Assembly (NCBI GenBank): GCA_038145175.1 | Contig: JAYQPE010000004.1 | Span: 111,206-175,205 of the forward strand | Source: Actinomycetes bacterium | GTDB lineage: Bacteria > Actinomycetota > Actinomycetes > S36-B12 > UBA5976 | DNA: 64,000 bases | Direction of reading: 5' to 3' | Shown: positions 38,093 to 48,478 of the stretch, piece after piece | Layout: each line of letters opens with the position of its first letter | How positions within the stretch are numbered: position 1 is the stretch's first letter | Program-made: the position numbers and the translations under genes | The notes under the pieces: model-generated | Told to the model about the DNA's origin: nothing | Seen by the model: the letters and a program-made list of their open reading frames with translations, nothing else | The model's database searches: none

Positions 38093-38164
38093 CTCCGGGA
38101 CAGGGACTCGAACCCCGATTCACGGCTCCAAAGGCCGGTGTCCTGCCAATTAGACGATCCCGGA
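38093..38164 (-). tRNA. tRNA-Gln(TTG)
   Basis: TCCGGGA acceptor, CTTTGGA anticodon loop, GTTCGAGT T-loop; conserved position upstream of glmU. Confidence 0.95.
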
Positions 38165-38243
38165 ATAGCTTTTACTTTATTTTCGTGTGCAGAAAAAGCA
38201 ACGCTCGCTAAAGCCTAACCTTTAAGGGATGTAGCGTTGAGTT

Positions 38244-39005
38244 GTGCCTACCAATTCAACGAGTGAACCTACAAAAGATGAGTTAAAAGCTGCCAAAAAA
38301 TTACTCAAAGCACAAGAAAAAATGCAAAAAGAAAATGTTAAAGCCCGAGAAAGAATTGCAAAGGCCGCATTAGAAGTAGAACGCGAAGCAGGTCGTGTTC
38401 GTATGAGTGGCATTGAAAGACGCGAACAATTAATTAATGTGGCAAGACATTTATTTGCTGAAAAAGGCTACGAAGCAGTTTCAGTTGAAGAAATAGCGCA
38501 AATGGCTTTAGTTTCAAAGCCAGTAATTTATGAACACTTTGGCAGTAAAGAAGGTTTATACGCAGTAATTCTTGATAGAGAAACTAGAGAATTATTAAGA
38601 ACTGTTATTTCAAATATGGAAAGTGGTCATCCTCGAGAAATGTTGGAACAAGCAGTTTATGCTTTCTTTACCTACATTGATGAACATCCAGATGGTTATC
38701 GTGTTTTAATTAAAGATGCTCCAGCTGCTCAAGGTGCTGGTGCTTATTCTGGTTTAGTTAATGACATTGTTGATAAATGTGAACAGGTTTTAGGAAATGC
38801 TTTTGACAAATATGGTTTACCTAGAAAATCTGCTGGAATTTATGCCAGAACTTTAGTTGGCTCTGTTGCTTTAAGTGGTCAATGGTGGCAAGAAGAACGA
38901 CATGTTTCAAAAGATGAAATTGTTGCCCAAGTAGTTAACTTTGTGTGGAATGGTTTAACTGATTTACAAGCAAAACCAACTTTAAAACTTCAAAAAACTA
39001 TTTAA
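38244..39005 (+). CDS. TetR/AcrR family regulator
   Basis: RREQLINVARHLFAEKGYEAVSVEEIA...SKPVIYEHFGSKEGLY; conserved ispE-glmU neighbourhood. Confidence 0.93.
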   Translation: MPTNSTSEPTKDELKAAKKLLKAQEKMQKENVKARERIAKAALEVEREAGRVRMSGIERREQLINVARHLFAEKGYEAVSVEEIAQMALVSKPVIYEHFGSKEGLYAVILDRETRELLRTVISNMESGHPREMLEQAVYAFFTYIDEHPDGYRVLIKDAPAAQGAGAYSGLVNDIVDKCEQVLGNAFDKYGLPRKSAGIYARTLVGSVALSGQWWQEERHVSKDEIVAQVVNFVWNGLTDLQAKPTLKLQKTI

Positions 39006-39927
39006 TTCTTGCTCCAGGTACTGGACCATATGCAGTGACTGCTTGTTTACAAGTACCACTACTTAATAAATCAATTGCAATATCTGAAGCAGCAGTGTCA
39101 TCAAAACATAGAAATACACAAGTTGGTCCAGATCCAGAAACTATTCCTTTCAATGCTCCTGCATCTTCTCCTGCGCGAAGAAGTCTTCTTAATTCTGGTT
39201 TTAATGAAATTGCTGCAGGTTGTAAATCATTAACTAAATTATTTGCAACCTCATTTGGATCTCCGGCGCCAAGTGCTTTTAATAATTCCAAAGAAATTTC
39301 TGGATCTTCTACTTCTTTATCTTTAGTTAAATGATCAAATTCTGCATAAACTTCTGGAGTTGATAAACCATCATTACTTGTTGCTATTACCCAATGCAAA
39401 GAATTTCTATGAAGAACTGGAGTTAACTGTTCTCCTCTGCCATAACCTAAAGCAGTATTTCCATGAAGTAAAAATGGAACATCAGATCCAACTTTTGCAG
39501 CAATACTATTTAATTCATCAATTGTTAGGTGAAATTCCCATAAATGATTTATTCCTAAAATTGTGGCAGCAGCATCAGCACTTCCTCCGGCCATTCCTCC
39601 GGCAATAGGAATTGATTTATGAATATGAACTCTTGCATGAATTGGCTGATTTACATGTTTGGCAATTTCGGTGATTGCTTTATTAACTAAATTATCTTTA
39701 TTTGTTGGAACTTTTTCTGAATTATCACCTGCTACAGAGATTTCTTCTTGTCCAGGTCTTACTTTGCTTATAGTTACTTCGTCATAAATAGAAACCGCAT
39801 GAAAAACTGTCGCTAACTCGTGAAATCCATCTTCACCAAGTGGAGCTACTTTTAAAGAAAGATTAATTTTGGCAGGAACTTTTACAGTGCAATGTTTTGG
39901 TGCTAAATCTTGGATTGCAGCTGTCAT
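38998..39927 (-). CDS. ispE: 4-diphosphocytidyl-2C-methyl-D-erythritol kinase
   Basis: PAKINL, KSIPIAGGMAGGSADAAA, GSDVPF, SGSGPT. Confidence 0.97.
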   Translation of the reverse strand: MTAAIQDLAPKHCTVKVPAKINLSLKVAPLGEDGFHELATVFHAVSIYDEVTISKVRPGQEEISVAGDNSEKVPTNKDNLVNKAITEIAKHVNQPIHARVHIHKSIPIAGGMAGGSADAAATILGINHLWEFHLTIDELNSIAAKVGSDVPFLLHGNTALGYGRGEQLTPVLHRNSLHWVIATSNDGLSTPEVYAEFDHLTKDKEVEDPEISLELLKALGAGDPNEVANNLVNDLQPAAISLKPELRRLLRAGEDAGALKGIVSGSGPTCVFLCFDDTAASDIAIDLLSSGTCKQAVTAYGPVPGARIK

Positions 39928-40799
39928 GATTTTTTAACAGTTGTTAATAAACCACTTTTTTTCATGACATAAGTCAATCGCACGTAGTCATCTTCCGTTA
40001 AAGCTTCCCCACGAAGTTGTGGGTCAATGTTTGCACTTTGAAGTAAATTAGATGCTTTTTCACTTCCCCCGCAAAGAGAACTTAATGCGGAACGAAGCAT
40101 TTTTCTTCTTTGTTCAAAGGCTAAATCTATTACTTTAAAAAGTTCATTCTTTATTGATTCATCTATTTCTTTATCTCTCTTAATTTCTACAAGATCAGAA
40201 TCCACATTTGGTATCGGCCAAAAAACATTTCTTGATATAGCAAAAGATTTTTTAACACTTGCATACCATTGCACTTTTACACTGGGTGATCCATAAGTTT
40301 TTGACCCAGGCTTACTTGCTAAACGATCTGCCACTTCTGACTGGACCATCACTAAATAATTAGTAATACTTGGAAAGTTTTCTAAAATGTGCAAGATTAC
40401 TGGTACTGAAACATTGTAAGGAAGATTTGCAACAAGTAAATTAGGTGAATCTGCAATATCTGATTTATTTAAAAGTAATGCATCTTTATTTACTACTTTT
40501 AACTTTTCTGCAGTAAATCCTTTACTTTCAGCAGTTTTTGGAAGTAATTTGGCTAATCTTTCATCAATTTCTACAGCGCTAACTTTTGCTTTAGTTTGAA
40601 GAAGCGCAAGAGTTAAAGAGCCAAGCCCAGGTCCGATCTCTAAAACGTGTGAATTGCTATCAACTTTTGCTATTTTTACTATTTTTTCTACCGTGTTTTG
40701 ATCAATTACAAAGTTTTGGCCAAGCTTTTTGGTGGGCTTTAAATCAAGTGATTTAGCTAATTCTCTTATTTCTGAAGCAGTCAATAACTGATTAGACAT
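39924..40799 (-). CDS. rsmA: 16S rRNA dimethyltransferase RsmA/KsgA
   Basis: KKLGQNF, EIGPGLGSLT, ANLPYNV, MVQSEVADRL, QRRKMLR. Confidence 0.97.
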   Translation of the reverse strand: MSNQLLTASEIRELAKSLDLKPTKKLGQNFVIDQNTVEKIVKIAKVDSNSHVLEIGPGLGSLTLALLQTKAKVSAVEIDERLAKLLPKTAESKGFTAEKLKVVNKDALLLNKSDIADSPNLLVANLPYNVSVPVILHILENFPSITNYLVMVQSEVADRLASKPGSKTYGSPSVKVQWYASVKKSFAISRNVFWPIPNVDSDLVEIKRDKEIDESIKNELFKVIDLAFEQRRKMLRSALSSLCGGSEKASNLLQSANIDPQLRGEALTEDDYVRLTYVMKKSGLLTTVKKS

Positions 40800-41693
40800 C
40801 TAGAATTTTCCAAATAGTTTTTCAGCATTATTTCTAGTTGCATTTGTAATAGTTAATAAATCAACATTCATTTCTTGAGCCATCGTTTGTAAAGTTAAGG
40901 GAATCATGAACGAAGCATTTGGATAACCCCGATAAGGCATCGGTGTTAAAAATGGAGCATCTGTTTCAACTAATACATTTTCTAATGGCGTTACTTGTAG
41001 AGCATCTCTTAAGTTCTGGGCATTTTTAAATGTACAAGTTCCAGCAAAAGATAAATACCAACCTCTTTTAACTAATTCTTTAGCAAATTCAGCATCTGCA
41101 GAGTAGCAATGAAATATAACTTGATTGGCTTTTTCTTCATCCAAAATTCTTAAGGCATCTAAGTGAGCATCACGATCATGAACCATTACTGGTTTATTAA
41201 ATTTATTAGCAATTTGAATATGTTTTCTAAATGAATACTCTTGAAAATCTCTTCCTTCTTGTCCAGTTCTAAAGAAATCAACACCTGTTTCTCCTATTGC
41301 TTTCACTGCATCATCTTTAGCTAAATCTTCAATTTCAGCAATGGCTTCATCCAGTGCACTCGGACTTTTTTCATGCGCTATAAGAGGTGCATCATTTGGA
41401 TGAATTGCCACAGTTGCATGCACTTGAGAAAATTCTTTGGCAGTTTCTACTGCCCACTTAGAACTTGGAACATCAACTCCTACTTGCACAATTCCAGTTA
41501 TTCCCACCGACGCTGCTTTTTCTAATGCATCTTCCACGCTCAAAAAAATATCTTTATCTTCAATATCTAAATGACAATGTGAATCAATAGTTGTGGCAGG
41601 TAATTTTTCTGGCAATGGTGGATACGATGTTTTTTTTGATTCAATCACACCAAAATCTTTTCTTGCTCTTAAGCCGTTATCTTTATTGTTCAT
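40800..41693 (-). CDS. tatD: TatD family hydrolase
   Basis: DSHCHLD, AIHPN, GETGVDFF, HDRDAH, VIFHCYS, ETDAPFL. Start set at MNNKD, overlapping the metG stop. Confidence 0.95.
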   Translation of the reverse strand: MNNKDNGLRARKDFGVIESKKTSYPPLPEKLPATTIDSHCHLDIEDKDIFLSVEDALEKAASVGITGIVQVGVDVPSSKWAVETAKEFSQVHATVAIHPNDAPLIAHEKSPSALDEAIAEIEDLAKDDAVKAIGETGVDFFRTGQEGRDFQEYSFRKHIQIANKFNKPVMVHDRDAHLDALRILDEEKANQVIFHCYSADAEFAKELVKRGWYLSFAGTCTFKNAQNLRDALQVTPLENVLVETDAPFLTPMPYRGYPNASFMIPLTLQTMAQEMNVDLLTITNATRNNAEKLFGKF

Positions 41694-43269
41694 CTTCAGC
41701 AAGTCTTGGAAAAACTGCTTCACCTTTTGTAACTTTACTTCCCACTGGCAATTTTGCCCAAGTTCCAACTTCTGAAATTTTTTGCTCACTTATTTTTCCA
41801 ATAGTTTCATTTGCCCCAATTATGTGCCAAATTTTTTCTGTAGCTTTTGGCATTACTGGGTGATATAAAACAGATATGGCACGGAGTGCCTCTGCTACGC
41901 AATAAAGAACGGTAGCTAAACGTTCTTTATTTGCTTCATCTTTTGCTAATTTCCAAGGTTCCTGTTCTGTGACATAAAGATTTGCTGCATCTACGATTTT
42001 TTTAATTGCCAAAATTCCCTCAGAGAAATCAAGTTTGCACATTGCTTCATCTGCTTCCAGGCTTGATTTCTTAATGATTTCAACAATTATTTGGTCTTTT
42101 TCGTTTAATTTTCCAGGTTGTGGAATTTTAGAATCAAAATATTTTTCCACCATCGCAGCTAATCTTGATGCAAGATTTCCTAAACCATTTGCTAATTCTG
42201 CGGTGTATCTTGCGGTTAAATCTTCCCAAGAAAATGATCCGTCTTGACCAAATCTAATTGCAGATAAAAAGTAATAACGGAATGCATCTGAACCGACATA
42301 ATCAACAATTTGGGAAGGTGCAATTCCGGTTAATTTTGTTTTACTCATTTTTTCGCCACCTACTAATAACCATCCATGAGCAAATACACATTTAGCAGGT
42401 TCTAGTCCTGCAGCCATTAACATGGCTGGCCAATACACTGCATGAAAACGTAAAATATCTTTTCCAACAAGATTTATATCGATTGGCCAAACGCTTTCAA
42501 ATAATTTTGCATCTTCAGAATTTTTTTCTGCGCCAAAACCTGTAGCAGTCGCGTAATTAAGTAATGCATCAAACCAAACATAAACAACTTGATTTTTATC
42601 CCAAGGTAAATCTATTCCCCAAGAAACAGCTGATCTTGACATTGAAATATCTTCCAAACCTTGTTTCAAAAAAGACATCACTTCGTTATAGGCAGATTGA
42701 GGTTGGATTGCTTCAGGATTTTTAGTGAAATGATCAATTAATGGTTGTTGAAATTCTTTTAATTTAAAGAACCAATTCTTTTCCTTTAACATTTCAACTG
42801 GCTTTGAATGTATTGGGCAAAGTTCTTGTCCATTCTCTACTTTTAAATCCCCAGGAAGTTTAAATTCTTCACAACCAACGCAATATGGACCTTCGTAACT
42901 TCCTTCATAAACATAGCCGCGATCTTTAACAACTTGCCAAAACTTTTGCACAGCAATTTTATGTTTGTCAGAAGTGGTTCTAATAAAGTCATCATTTGCT
43001 ACATCAATTGTTTCTAAAACTGGAAGCCAAGCTTCTTTAACTAATTTGTCTGCCCAATCTTGTGGTTTGTAATTATTTGCTTCTGCTGTTCTTTGAACTT
43101 TTGTGCCATGTTCATCAGTTCCAGTTAGAAACCAAACTTTTTCACCACGTTGTCTTCTCCAACGAGTTAAAACATCTCCTGCAGTTGTGGTGTAGGCATG
43201 ACCTATGTGAGGAGCATCATTTACATAGTAAATAGGTGTTGCTAAATAGAAAGTATCTTTGCTACTCAT
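41683..43269 (-). CDS. metG: methionine--tRNA ligase (short form, no C-terminal tRNA-binding domain)
   Basis: PIYYVNDAPHIGH, YVWFDAL, GKDILRFH, KMSKT. Confidence 0.97.
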   Translation of the reverse strand: MSSKDTFYLATPIYYVNDAPHIGHAYTTTAGDVLTRWRRQRGEKVWFLTGTDEHGTKVQRTAEANNYKPQDWADKLVKEAWLPVLETIDVANDDFIRTTSDKHKIAVQKFWQVVKDRGYVYEGSYEGPYCVGCEEFKLPGDLKVENGQELCPIHSKPVEMLKEKNWFFKLKEFQQPLIDHFTKNPEAIQPQSAYNEVMSFLKQGLEDISMSRSAVSWGIDLPWDKNQVVYVWFDALLNYATATGFGAEKNSEDAKLFESVWPIDINLVGKDILRFHAVYWPAMLMAAGLEPAKCVFAHGWLLVGGEKMSKTKLTGIAPSQIVDYVGSDAFRYYFLSAIRFGQDGSFSWEDLTARYTAELANGLGNLASRLAAMVEKYFDSKIPQPGKLNEKDQIIVEIIKKSSLEADEAMCKLDFSEGILAIKKIVDAANLYVTEQEPWKLAKDEANKERLATVLYCVAEALRAISVLYHPVMPKATEKIWHIIGANETIGKISEQKISEVGTWAKLPVGSKVTKGEAVFPRLAEDEQ

Positions 43270-44108
43270 GAATCTAATCTTAGAGATGCTTCATAAAGTT
43301 TGCTTCTAGACAATCCTCGTTGTGTAGAAATTTCTGAAACTGCGTCTTTAAAACTCATTCCTTTTGCAACTAAGTCTTTAACACTTTTGATCGCAGCATC
43401 ATCAACTTCTGGTTTTTTCGAATTATCAATACCTGCAATTACTAAAGTAATTTCTCCTAAGACTTCATTGTTGGTAGCCCATTCAACTAATTCTTTTAAG
43501 GTGCCTCGAATAACCTCTTCATAAGTTTTAGAAATCTCTCTCACCACAGCAGCTTTTCTATTCTCACCTGTAATTTCTAAAATATCTTCAAGAGTTTCTT
43601 TTGTTCTTCGAGGAGATTCAAACAAAATCATTGTTCTTGATTCTTTGTTTAAATTATTTAATATTTCGGTTCTTTCTTTTCCTTTTCGGGGAATGAATCC
43701 TTCAAATGAAAATCTATCTGTAGGTAATCCCGATAAAACTAATGCTGATGTGACTGCACTTGGACCAGGTAACACAGTTATTGAAATCTTTTCATCAATT
43801 GATTTATTGATTAACTTAAATCCTGGATCACTTATAGCTGGAGTTCCTGCATCAGAAATAACCACTATGGTTTTGCCTTCTTTTAATTTGGAAATTAAAT
43901 CAGGAATTTTCTCTATTTCGTTTTCTTCAAAAAGTGAAATCACTAAAGCTTTTATCTCTAGGTTTAAATCTTGAAATAGACGTCTAGCTTTTCGGGTATC
44001 TTCAGCGGCAATAATGTCTGCTTTCAAAAGGGCTTGGATTAAACGACTCGAGGCATCTAAAGGATTACCCAAGGGCGTTGCCGCCAAAATTAATTGCCCG
44101 CCACTCAT
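43266..44108 (-). CDS. rsmI: 16S rRNA (cytidine1402-2'-O)-methyltransferase
   Basis: ATPLGN, AAEDTR, SDAGTPAISDPG, FESPRR, REISKTYEE, GEITLV. Confidence 0.95.
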   Translation of the reverse strand: MSGGQLILAATPLGNPLDASSRLIQALLKADIIAAEDTRKARRLFQDLNLEIKALVISLFEENEIEKIPDLISKLKEGKTIVVISDAGTPAISDPGFKLINKSIDEKISITVLPGPSAVTSALVLSGLPTDRFSFEGFIPRKGKERTEILNNLNKESRTMILFESPRRTKETLEDILEITGENRKAAVVREISKTYEEVIRGTLKELVEWATNNEVLGEITLVIAGIDNSKKPEVDDAAIKSVKDLVAKGMSFKDAVSEISTQRGLSRSKLYEASLRLDS

Positions 44109-44153
44109 AGCCTTAATCCTTTCAGGTTTATGTTGGTCGTAATCTTTTGAGTC

Positions 44154-45695
44154 GTGGGACAAAATATGCCAGCACATGCCCGAATAAATAGAGATATTCA
44201 TAAAACCAACGAGTTAGTTGATGTTATGCCTAAACAGCAACTACTCAGTTGGGGCTTAACTTTTTTAATCACTGCAATCGGCGCTTTAGTTCGCTGGCCC
44301 AGATTAAGTCAGCCGAATGAAATAGTCTTTGATGAAACTTATTACGTCAAAGATGCTTATGCGATATTAAAAAATGGATATGAGCGAACTGCTGTAGAAA
44401 ATGCTGATCAATTAATTTTGCAAGGTCGAACAGATGTATTTGAATCATCTGGTTCATTTGTAGCTCATCCGCCCATGGGTAAATGGGTAATTGCATTTGG
44501 TGAACAAATTGGTGGATTAAATTCTTTTGGTTGGCGAATTGGTGTTGCAGTTATGGGAACACTTTTAGTTTTAGTAACTACAAGAGTTGCGATCAGATTA
44601 ATTCGCTCAATTTGGTTTGGTGCCTTAGCAGGATTTTTAATTGCAATTGATGGTTTAGCAATTGTAATGAGTAGAACGGCCTTACTAGATGGAATTATGG
44701 CAACTTTTTTGATGCTAGGTATTTGGTGTGTTTTATTAGATAGAGATTATTCAAGAAGCAGAATAAGTAGAAAATTAATTTCTGAATCTAAATTTGGTGG
44801 TAGATGGACTTGGCATCCTTGGAGATTTCTGGCAGGAATATTTTTTGGACTTGCCATTGCCACAAAATGGAATGCTCTTTGGTATTTGGCAGCTATTTTA
44901 TTACTTTCATTTATTTGGGATATTTCATTTAGAAAACTTCGTCGATCAAAAAATCCAATAATTGGAACAATTCTTTTGGATTCATGGCTTTTAAGTTTTC
45001 AAATGATTTTGATTGCATTTGTTACCTATCTTGTTTCGTGGTTTGGCTGGATTAGAACTGATGGTGGTTGGGGTCGAGCAATTTCAGAAAGTTCGTCAAC
45101 CTTTGATAACTTTGAGCAAATTTTAATTGCACTATATAGATATCACGATCAAATTTGGAATTTCCATATCAATTTAACAACTGATCATAGTTATGAATCT
45201 TATGCTTTGACTTGGCCTATTCTTTATCGTCCCACTTCATTTTTTTATAAAGAAAATTTGCCAAATTGTGCCAGTAGTAATTGTGCTCAAGAAGTTTTAG
45301 CTATTGGTAATCCTTTAATTTGGTGGATATCTGTTGTAGCACTTTTATTACTCCTTATTAATTTCTTAAGATCTAGAAATTGGAGATCTGGCACTATTCT
45401 TTTTCTATTTTTAGTAGGTTGGGCACCTTGGTTAATTTTGCCTGAAAGAACGATGTTTTATTTTTATGCAATATCTTTCTTACCATTTTTAGTTATTGCT
45501 ATTTCTTATGTGGCAAACATTATTTATCAAGGATTAGTTGTACGAGGACAATCGTTAAAACCGTATTACTTTATTGGAATTAGTCTGTTAATTGCAACAA
45601 CTATTTTGTCTATTTATTTTTACCCAATTTGGACAGCTATTTCATTACCAAAAGAGGAATGGCTAGCCCGTATGTGGTTTAGTAAGTGGATCTAA
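44154..45695 (+). CDS. pmt: protein O-mannosyltransferase (GT39/PMT)
   Basis: VFDETYYVKDA, AHPPMGKW, SRTALLD, KWNAL, GNPLIWW, ERTMFYFY. Exact start uncertain. Confidence 0.92.
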   Translation: MGQNMPAHARINRDIHKTNELVDVMPKQQLLSWGLTFLITAIGALVRWPRLSQPNEIVFDETYYVKDAYAILKNGYERTAVENADQLILQGRTDVFESSGSFVAHPPMGKWVIAFGEQIGGLNSFGWRIGVAVMGTLLVLVTTRVAIRLIRSIWFGALAGFLIAIDGLAIVMSRTALLDGIMATFLMLGIWCVLLDRDYSRSRISRKLISESKFGGRWTWHPWRFLAGIFFGLAIATKWNALWYLAAILLLSFIWDISFRKLRRSKNPIIGTILLDSWLLSFQMILIAFVTYLVSWFGWIRTDGGWGRAISESSSTFDNFEQILIALYRYHDQIWNFHINLTTDHSYESYALTWPILYRPTSFFYKENLPNCASSNCAQEVLAIGNPLIWWISVVALLLLLINFLRSRNWRSGTILFLFLVGWAPWLILPERTMFYFYAISFLPFLVIAISYVANIIYQGLVVRGQSLKPYYFIGISLLIATTILSIYFYPIWTAISLPKEEWLARMWFSKWI

Positions 45696-46255
45696 GCGCC
45701 TTTAGCTTTCTTTAATGCTTCGAAGAATTTAGCACCTTCTGTCACTTCTTGCTCAACTTTTTCTTCTACTTTTTCAAATGGTCTTTCATCCATAATTAAA
45801 TCTCGTTCAGGATCAGTTTTAATAAATGTTTTTGTTTCAAATGGTTTTTTATGAATAACATAGTTTTTTCTAATTACATTTGTCACAATTGGTTTTGATT
45901 CATCACTTAATCTTTGTGCTGCAATAAATGCTGTAGTTAACCAAAGCAATAAAATTCCTAGTGGAACAAAGCTAAAAGTTTGAGGAACATAATTAAAATA
46001 TGAAGCAATAATTATTCCAATATTTACAAGAAATAATAAGTAAGTAACATTTCTTCTTCTTTTTGCAGCTGTTAAAGAAACTGAACCTTTATCACTTTTT
46101 CTATCTGGAATTAATTGACTAATTGATTTCATAGCATTGTTAAACCTTGCTATTGATTTTGTTTCATTTGATTGTTCGCGATTTTTTGCAAAAGTGGGAT
46201 ATAGGACTATTGCCCAAAGACCTAGCACGATAGCTAGCAGTAAACCTGACCCCAT
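45692..46255 (-). CDS. SepX/GlpR-like divisome membrane protein
   Basis: N-terminal LLAIVLGLWAIVLYP TM, RFNNAM, AAKRRR followed by two TMs; downstream of rimJ as in Actinomycetota. Confidence 0.6.
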   Translation of the reverse strand: MGSGLLLAIVLGLWAIVLYPTFAKNREQSNETKSIARFNNAMKSISQLIPDRKSDKGSVSLTAAKRRRNVTYLLFLVNIGIIIASYFNYVPQTFSFVPLGILLLWLTTAFIAAQRLSDESKPIVTNVIRKNYVIHKKPFETKTFIKTDPERDLIMDERPFEKVEEKVEQEVTEGAKFFEALKKAKGA

Positions 46256-46327
46256 GTTAATAGGTTAGAAGTTTTAGGGATTATTTATTTAAAAAAATTG
46301 GGGTGTGTTTAAAAAATAATTTACTTT

Positions 46328-46918
46328 TTAGTTATTTTTTAGTTTTAAAACTAAAGATTCAGTTACTTCTTCTTCATGTATTGCATAAATCACATGATCT
46401 CGCCAAGCTCCATTTATATGTAAAAAGTTAGGTCTGATGCCCTCTTTTCTTAAACCAAGTTTTTCAGCAACTCTAATTGATTTTTCATTTTCTGGTCTTA
46501 TCGCAATTTCAATTCGATGTAATTTCAATTTTTCAAAACAATAATCAATAGCCATAGCAACAGCAAGTGGTGTATAACCTTTACCAGCAAACTCTTGTCC
46601 AATCCAGTAACCAATGTAGGCACTTCTGGTGGAGCCATAATTAATATTTCCAACTGTTACTTGTCCTGCTAATTTTTTATCCACTTGCATAACAAAAGGA
46701 AGACTTCTTTGCTCTTTAGCTTCTAGTCTTAATCTTTTAACTATTTGAAAAAAGTTTAATTTTCCATCACTAAATTCTTCAGGAACTGTTGCTTCCCATT
46801 CTTTAAACCAATTTTCATTTTGATCTCTAATTTTTGCCCAAGCAAATTTGTCTTTATATTTTAAAGGTCTTAAAATTAAATTATCTTGTTTTAAAACTAC
46901 GGGCCAAAAAGGCGCCAT
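46328..46918 (-). CDS. rimJ: RimJ/RimL-family GNAT acetyltransferase
   Basis: WEAT, IGYWIGQEFAGKG, LHRIEIAIRPEN, EGIRPNFLHINGAWRDH. Confidence 0.88.
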   Translation of the reverse strand: MAPFWPVVLKQDNLILRPLKYKDKFAWAKIRDQNENWFKEWEATVPEEFSDGKLNFFQIVKRLRLEAKEQRSLPFVMQVDKKLAGQVTVGNINYGSTRSAYIGYWIGQEFAGKGYTPLAVAMAIDYCFEKLKLHRIEIAIRPENEKSIRVAEKLGLRKEGIRPNFLHINGAWRDHVIYAIHEEEVTESLVLKLKNN

Positions 46919-46920
46919 AA

Positions 46921-47832
46921 TTAATTACCTAAAGTTTTTACGAAATCTTTTAGCCATTGAGTAAATGCAGGACCAAAATCTTTTCTTTCACTTGCTAATT
47001 GCACCACTGATTGTAGATATGACAATTTATCTCCTGTGTCATAACGTCTGCCTTTAAAAATAACTGCATGTAATCCACCACCATCATTTGTGTTTACGTC
47101 TTTTGCCAAAGTTTTCATTGCATCTGTTAATTGAATTTCTCCATTTTTACCTGGCTTTGTATTTTCTAACACTTCAAAGACTTTTGGATTAAATAAATAT
47201 CTACCGATGACTGCAAAGTTACTCGGTGCATCTTTTTGGTTTGGTTTTTCAACTAAATCAAGTACCTTTACAACACCTTCTTGATCAGTTTTTTCAATCT
47301 TTGCTGAACCATATAGATGAATTTCACTTGGAGCAACTTCCATCAACAACACAACTGATCCACCATGTTTTTGTTGAACTTCAAACATTTTTTGTAAAAC
47401 ATAATCTCTTGGATCAATTAAGTCATCACCAAGTAAAACCGCAAATGATTCATTTCCAACATGTTCTTTTGCCATCAAAACTGCATGACCTAAACCTTTA
47501 GGAACACCTTGACGCACGAAATGTATTTTGGCTAATTCAGCAGGATCTTTTACTTTTTCTAACAAGTCATTTTTGTTTTGTTTTGCTAATTCATTTTCTA
47601 ATTCAGGGGAATCATCAAAGTGATCCTCTAAAGCGCGTTTGCTTCTGCCGGTTATAAATAAAACATCATCGAGTCCTGCTGCCACTGCTTCTTCCACTAC
47701 ATATTGAATTGCAGGCTTATCAACTACAGGAAGCATTTCTTTTGGAGTAGCTTTTGTGGCAGGTAAAAACCTAGTTCCATATCCTGCAACTGGAACCACT
47801 GCTTTTAAAACTTTTTTCACGCTTTTTCCCAA
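46921..47832 (-). CDS. galU: UTP--glucose-1-phosphate uridylyltransferase
   Basis: VAGYGTRFLPATKATPKEMLP, KGLGHAV, VEKP, GEIQLTDA, RYDTG. Confidence 0.97.
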   Translation of the reverse strand: MGKSVKKVLKAVVPVAGYGTRFLPATKATPKEMLPVVDKPAIQYVVEEAVAAGLDDVLFITGRSKRALEDHFDDSPELENELAKQNKNDLLEKVKDPAELAKIHFVRQGVPKGLGHAVLMAKEHVGNESFAVLLGDDLIDPRDYVLQKMFEVQQKHGGSVVLLMEVAPSEIHLYGSAKIEKTDQEGVVKVLDLVEKPNQKDAPSNFAVIGRYLFNPKVFEVLENTKPGKNGEIQLTDAMKTLAKDVNTNDGGGLHAVIFKGRRYDTGDKLSYLQSVVQLASERKDFGPAFTQWLKDFVKTLGN

Positions 47833-47893
47833 ATCCTTCTAGCTACTTACTTTATGCATAAAGATTACGCGTACCAAGTATGCTTCTTGTCCA

Positions 47894-48478
47894 ATGCCTA
47901 CACAAGAACCCCAAGAGACCAAGCAATCGTTGCGAAAACGTCTGCAAGAAACAAGACGAAATACTAAATTAAGTGATTTCGATATTGACCAACTAACTAA
48001 ACGCGGACTGTTTGAACTATCCAAAACTAGTGGTGATGTATGCATTTACATGTCGTTACCAGAAGAACCACCTACAAAAGAATTAATTAATGAAGTTAGA
48101 AAACTTGGAAGAAATGTTTGGTTACCAAGAATTAACGGTGATGATCTTTTATGGATAAAAAATCCAGATAGTTTTGCTCAAGGACCTTTTGGCATTGAAG
48201 AGCCTGTGGGTGAAGGAGATTTAGCTAAAGAAATAAAAAACCTAGGTGCAGTAATTTTGCCGGGCCTTGCAGTTGATGTTAACGGCACAAGATTAGGTAA
48301 AGGTAAAGGATTTTATGATCGAGTCCTAGCTCAAATCTCTGAAGATGTGAAAAGAATTGTTTTGTTATTTGATTTGGAATTTATCTTAGAAATTCCTAAA
48401 GAATCTCACGATATGAGTGTTCATACTATTGCCACACCGTATAGATCAATTCATTTCACTACACCAGAAGCTGACTAA
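47894..48478 (+). CDS. 5-formyltetrahydrofolate cyclo-ligase
   Basis: KQSLRKR, EEPPT, GIEEP, PGLAVD...RLGKGKGFYDR. Confidence 0.93.
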   Translation: MPTQEPQETKQSLRKRLQETRRNTKLSDFDIDQLTKRGLFELSKTSGDVCIYMSLPEEPPTKELINEVRKLGRNVWLPRINGDDLLWIKNPDSFAQGPFGIEEPVGEGDLAKEIKNLGAVILPGLAVDVNGTRLGKGKGFYDRVLAQISEDVKRIVLLFDLEFILEIPKESHDMSVHTIATPYRSIHFTTPEAD

